A stretch of 64,000 bases of DNA from Cenococcum geophilum (lineage: Eukaryota): the NCBI GenBank assembly GCA_050273025.1, contig CP158636.1:10788001-10852000 (forward strand), read 5' to 3'. This document shows positions 59,159 to 64,000 of this stretch, piece after piece (the stretch's first letter is position 1; each line of letters starts with the position of its first letter). Made by a program: the position numbers and the translations under genes. The notes below the pieces were generated by a model that saw only the letters and a list, made by a program, of their open reading frames with translations, did not search any database and was not told where the DNA came from.

Positions 59159-60111
59159 GTTTAGAAACAAGGGGTTTTTGTGTAGAAGAAAGATTCTACG
59201 TATGAAAATTTCAATACTAGGTCCAGTGCGTTAGACGGTACGAAACTCGGAAGATGGTGAATGGAGTAGTGAACGGGATGGCGCGCATTTCATAACACTA
59301 AGAGTTAGTGGGAGTTACAGTCTGGAATACTGATCGACCCCACGTCTCGTGATCGAAAATTTTGTTGGACGTTCTAGGTTACTTGCAGCGCCAGCAGAAC
59401 ACGTTGTTCTTACATGCACAGCTGCCATAGTTTAATTGGCTCTTGGCATATGTATTATTGAGAAATCTTTTGGGGGGAAACGGCACGCGGCTTGAGTCAT
59501 CGTGGATCACTTTAGATGCTTGAGGTTTCTGAAGTACGTCAGAGATTTACCTAAAATCATATTCCGTGGTAAGCATTAAGCAAGTAGCTCCTTGCGTGTG
59601 CATGCGTTTATGAACATCAAGAGGGGATAAAAACCGTCCATGGCATGATATAGAATGACTACTTCACACTATTATACAATAATCTTACTGACTCATTGAC
59701 ACCGTTACACATAACTTGGTTGACTATTTCGCATCCTGGAGACCTGCAAAATGCTCGAGCTTAAATCTTGAACTCCTGCTAACCACCAGTGCACAATCTC
59801 AGCTAGAGAGTGCAAGAACCCTTAGAGTTTCTCAAGATCAGCTCGATGTGGCATGTCTTGGGCTGCGAAGCTCTTTGGAACGCCACCCGCGTAATTTGGT
59901 TTGAATGCATTGAACAGCCCTTTCGAGGCCGAGAGATGAGTTCGATGGAACGGAACTCAAGGCAAATTCGGTATGCTTAACGTTCTAAATATGAGACGAT
60001 GCACACTCCTCAGATCTCAAGGTTAGCGTTCTGGTTCGGGGCGAGTGGAGCCACGACATTCACGATTCTATAAGGAACTACTATATAAGCATCCGATGGG
60101 CGTTGAATTGG

Positions 60112-61593
60112 TCACTCGCCAGCCCACTGAGAACCCAGGCAGGTGTACTCGGATTTTGATACTCCCTCAATCACAGGGATCTGATTCGACTCGCACTCTC
60201 TGTCAATCACCTTCTTATCAAGAATATAGCGCTCCGCAACTTGGAATAGCTCTCCACAGTCAGGCTCATTATATTCAGCCGGCTCCTCGACGTCCATACT
60301 TTCCAGGACTTTGCAAGCCATGGCAGTTCGTAAGTATATCAAAGCCATGTCTCCCGCGGCGATGAACTCAGGTATGTAACCAGCGGCGTCGGGCCCCATG
60401 CTCTCGCGCATGAAGTTAATAGAGCGCATGCCCCAGAATTTTGCCTCCTTCCATTGTTGTAGCTTTAGGTAGACGTCAATAACCCTTGCGACCAATTTTA
60501 CCCGCAGAATCAGGCGGACAAGTGTGCCGAGTTGCCCGTCATATATACCGCCAGAAAGCGTGGTGTCGAAGTGTGCATCTGCGTAGATTGACCGTTTGCG
60601 GCCATTGCAGAGGATGTGCATTGCCCGAAAAGACTCTATAAAGAGCTTAAGTGCCTGCTCATACTCCTTCTTCTGGAATGCTTCTGTTCCTTCTTCCATA
60701 AGCCTCGTGGTATCTTCAAAGCATTTTTCGGGGGGATCGTATGGTATCTCCATTGCGGTTTCTAACTGGACCTTAACCGACTCATCACAGCCCTCAATCA
60801 AAACCTCATTGAGCCCCTTGACCTCCCCAAAAGGCATTAGTAGTTGTCGTTGGAGAGATTCCCGTATTGGTGCTTCAGCGAGAGAAGTCGAGTAGGGATT
60901 TTGTAAGCGAAGGGTAAGTCGCAGATAAGAATTCAGACCAGATTGGCTGAGAGCCGAGTAATACCATATTCTGCAAAAGAGATGCAGGTCACTGAGTAGT
61001 ATGATCATAGTGTATGTGGTCGCAACAGCAAATTCTCTGACCGGGCTGTCGACGATCACGAGGAGGTGGTAATCATTGAACTGTTCTGCGCGTTTGCTGG
61101 AGGTAACAATGGGTACACTACCCTCAATGGCGACATGATTTTCTGCAGCTGTAAGTCAGCCTTGATTTTTCTAATGTTACTGCTCGTAAGATGCTTAGAA
61201 TCCATCATATCCGCCGTAATTGTCAGGTCTGCCTTTCAGCTAGGTAATTTGAACGGGGGTCAGGCTAGAAAAGAAGGTGACTAGAAAATTCCAGTAGATA
61301 TTTCTAACAACACCGAGTTGTAATCGAATATGCAGATCTAGCCCACCTGTTTCTGGCCAAGGTGTCTCAATTCGAATGAATCTAAACTCGCGTCGAAAGA
61401 CCTTCTGGGCTTCCCGGTATATCTGGCTACTGGCTAGGTAGAGATTAAAGTCAAAACGGTATGACGATTTCTCAGTGCCCTTTTCGCAGGCAATTAGGTG
61501 GATTGCTGGGTCGAAGTAGTGGCTGTATACAGCTTCGCGAAGCTCAAGTGGAAGGCGAAAGAAGGGGAAATGCTGCGTCGTTGTGCCCGGCAT
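60112..61593 (-). CDS. Conserved-looking fungal hypothetical protein (F-box-like start, helical/TPR-like C-terminus), 2 exons
   Basis: FPFFRLPLELREAVYSHYF, IETPWPET|ENHVAIEG (intron about 61143-61346), LMEEGTEAFQKKEYEQALKLF. Confidence 0.75.
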
Positions 61594-62038
61594 TGTAAGG
61601 CTCGGTTGGAATCAGTAGGAGGCTTTATGGCATAGAGCTCTATATAGAGACCGGGGGAGTATGAGGCTATGATAATTACCAGCCGAAGAGACCGGCAGGA
61701 GGGGAAGGGAAGAGAACGAGGCCCGCTTCATTTAGTCATGGCCTCGCAATACCAAAACCCACCAATAAGATCGGTTTACAACTTTACTTAGGCCATAATA
61801 ACTTATTTTAAAGCCTTAGAAACTTCTATTCAAGTAATATTAGTAATAAAATATATTATAGCTATTTTTTTATAATTTTGCTAGAAGGCCCTACAGCTAA
61901 GTGTTGTGGTTTTACGAGGCCATGAGCCGAGGTTTTCCCATTCAAAAACCAGCGTGTGTGCAAGCTACCCATCATCTCCCTATAAGCTATACTTCCCTGT
62001 AAAGAGTGGTCTATCGATGCCTCCATCGCCATCGCAGA

Positions 62039-62449
62039 ATGAATAGAAGCCATTCTACTACACGCGTCCAGCCTTTGGACTGGAAAACTGAATCTTTCCG
62101 TCCTAACCAAACCAATACTGTAGCCTGGAATATTCCTCTTTCACCCGCTGATATCAACTCGCTCATCGCAGGTTTCCAGCCGGAAAGCATGGACGATAGA
62201 TGGTTCATATATTCCGAAGGGCCTAATGACCGGGGTAAACTGCTAGTGAATCTCCATCGAAGCTGGACAGGAATCAAAGTTGCACAAGTGGTGGTCGACG
62301 TTACGAGCGGTAGCGAGCACATTGATAGCATTACTTGGAATAACGGAGAGCAGACGAGCCGTTTGAGCAGTCACGAAGCTAAAGAGACCGTTGCTGGGAC
62401 GTTTAAGTGGGTATTGGGGGTAAAATTCCCGGAGACTGCATTGCAGTGA
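62039..62449 (+). CDS. Small intronless hypothetical protein with GF.P..MDDRWFIY...HRSWTG motif
   Basis: 136-aa ORF. The motif is recalled from uncharacterised fungal and bacterial proteins, but this was not verified. Confidence 0.65.
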   Translation: MNRSHSTTRVQPLDWKTESFRPNQTNTVAWNIPLSPADINSLIAGFQPESMDDRWFIYSEGPNDRGKLLVNLHRSWTGIKVAQVVVDVTSGSEHIDSITWNNGEQTSRLSSHEAKETVAGTFKWVLGVKFPETALQ

Positions 62450-62966
62450 GCTGAGTTTCAGTAGTATGGCCTGGGTAAGCTATGAATCGTTCTATAAAAT
62501 GCGTGGTTATAAATCCTATTCAAACCACAAGCATGTGATTGTATTGGCTCCATGAACATCATGCTAACCCGCATAGGTCACTCACGACTCAGCTCTCGCC
62601 CTCAGAGCTACTTACGAAAATACATCTTTTATTCTTCAAAGTATTCTACTATTCAAGAGGATAATCTGGTCAGTTTCGACAGAGGTAGTGTAAGTGCACA
62701 GGTAGGCCTACAACTAAAGAAGCGGAACAGATAGCATAATATATTTTCGTAACCCAAGTTTTATAAACAGGATACTTCCTAAATGTAGAATGCTCTCCTA
62801 ATATAACTAATTAGTTCTTTTAATCCGTTTCCAATTCCCTGTCCCAAACTCCCCCACCCTTTGCCGGGCCTTTCGCAACCTTTCTAGAACTCCACACGGT
62901 CTTTAGCTACCCAATCCACTTTACTCATTTCAATCCCAAGCCATTTAGACTCTTTCCACACCCGTT

Positions 62967-63787
62967 TCAAGCTACCTTTCCAATACCTCCGTACCACATT
63001 CCCGTTAGCTCTGGCTGGCACTCTCCTTCCGCCTCGTTCATCTTCCACTTATCCACCTTCACAATCCCTGGTTCCACCACTTGCAACCCTTGAAAAATCG
63101 GCTCGATCTCCGCCTTCGGCCGCAGATACAAAGGCATAGGTGTCATAGCATACGCCTTTTCCGTCCGCTCAACCACATCCGTCGTCCTCTCATCCCGCGT
63201 CCCGTGGATCATAGCGAAAGTAACTCCCCGGAGCAACCACATTGCGAAAAGCCGCAAGCATGAGCTCGTACTGCGCCAGCAAGAAGAAGCGCACCAGCGC
63301 CATCATCACGATACCAACCGGGCCTCCCGAGATCTATCAGGCGGGCCATTTCCGGTGCTTCAGAATCGTCTCCGGCTCCAGCGCCGACGCGAGGATGACG
63401 CCCACGCTCTCCCGCCGGCGCTGCACCACGATGATCTCGCGCGCCTGCCGGACCGCGATGTCGTCGACGTCGGCGTACACGACTCTGGCCGCGGGGCCCA
63501 GGCGCTGCGCGACGTTGCGCGTGTTGCTTGCGGTGGGCAGCCCGGAGCCGATGTCGATTAACTGCGTGATGCCCTGTTTCACCATCTAGCGCATCGTGCA
63601 CTGTAGGAAGGCGTGATTTTCGATGACCGCGGGCTTGATTTCTGGAAGGGCGGCTTCGATGATGTTGGCGGCGGCGCGGCCGATGGCGAAGTTATGCGTC
63701 CCGCCTAGGTAAGTCGTACATCCGCGCGATACTCGGTCGGCTTATGTCGTATCCCTCGGGGACGGGGGGTGCAGAGGTTGACGCCAT
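62967..63787 (-). pseudogene. Actinobacterial-type SAM-dependent methyltransferase (Methyltransf_19/DUF574-like), frameshifted
   Basis: Mosaic translation YDISRPSIARMYD/YLGGTHNFAIGRAAA..ENHAFLQCTMR*MVKQGITQLIDIGSGLPTASNTRNVAQRLGPAARVVYADVD..EPETILKH/PEMARLIDLGRP..HGT..LRPKAEIEPIFQGLQVVEPGIV..YGGIGK. No introns are apparent. Confidence 0.85.
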
Positions 63788-64000
63788 GGTGGGCTGGACT
63801 TGTTCTAGATCTGTGGTGTTATAGGCTTGGGCGGTGTATGAGCTTTGAGTCGACTATCTTCAGAGTATGCTGATGTTATAATGGTCACGGGTAGGTTAGT
63901 CTTTATACTAGACAGCTGCGATATTTATACTCTTTGCCATGATCAAAGTCCTAGCACATTTTATTCGATCATGGTACTCGATAATGTCCTCCGGCTCTCC

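Noticed and set aside
55030..63787. In-frame TAA/TGA/TAG stops as evidence of an alternative genetic code
   Set aside because: All three codons terminate intact conserved genes here, and the affected genes also carry frameshifts.
1..64000. Starship giant transposon or secondary-metabolite gene cluster
   Set aside because: No tyrosine-recombinase captain and no PKS/NRPS/terpene backbone gene; accessory genes are interleaved with core genes (DOM34, TIM50, MNL1).

Overview
Eukaryotic DNA from a filamentous ascomycete: GT-AG introns with CTAAC/CTGAC branch sites, AT/TpA-rich tracts that look RIP-mutated, and fungal NLR genes. A Dothideomycete-like origin is only an impression. Housekeeping and metabolic genes (GMC oxidoreductase, DOM34/pelota, aldo-keto reductase, lipid-droplet hydrolase, ERD2-like receptor, Myb-like protein, polyamine oxidase, purine-cytosine permease, TIM50, MNL1/EDEM mannosidase, aldehyde dehydrogenase) are interleaved with accessory material. 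Highlights: (1) an intact HET/NB-ARC/TPR NLR gene bracketed by ~105-120 bp imperfect inverted repeats, a candidate mobile NLR cassette; (2) two tandem coiled-coil genes that both end in a fused Zn2Cys6-spaced + CCCH module, one broken by a single in-frame TAA; (3) a head-to-head pair of FtsJ-like methyltransferase paralogues, one dead; (4) an intronless, decayed actinobacterial-type Methyltransf_19 gene; (5) an isolated Pif1/Helitron helicase subdomain inside a disordered protein; (6) hypervariable WD40 and TPR NLR repeats, an orphan TPR repeat unit, and MITEs. No rRNA, tRNA or CRISPR array was recognised. All family calls are from motif recognition by eye; no searches were run.
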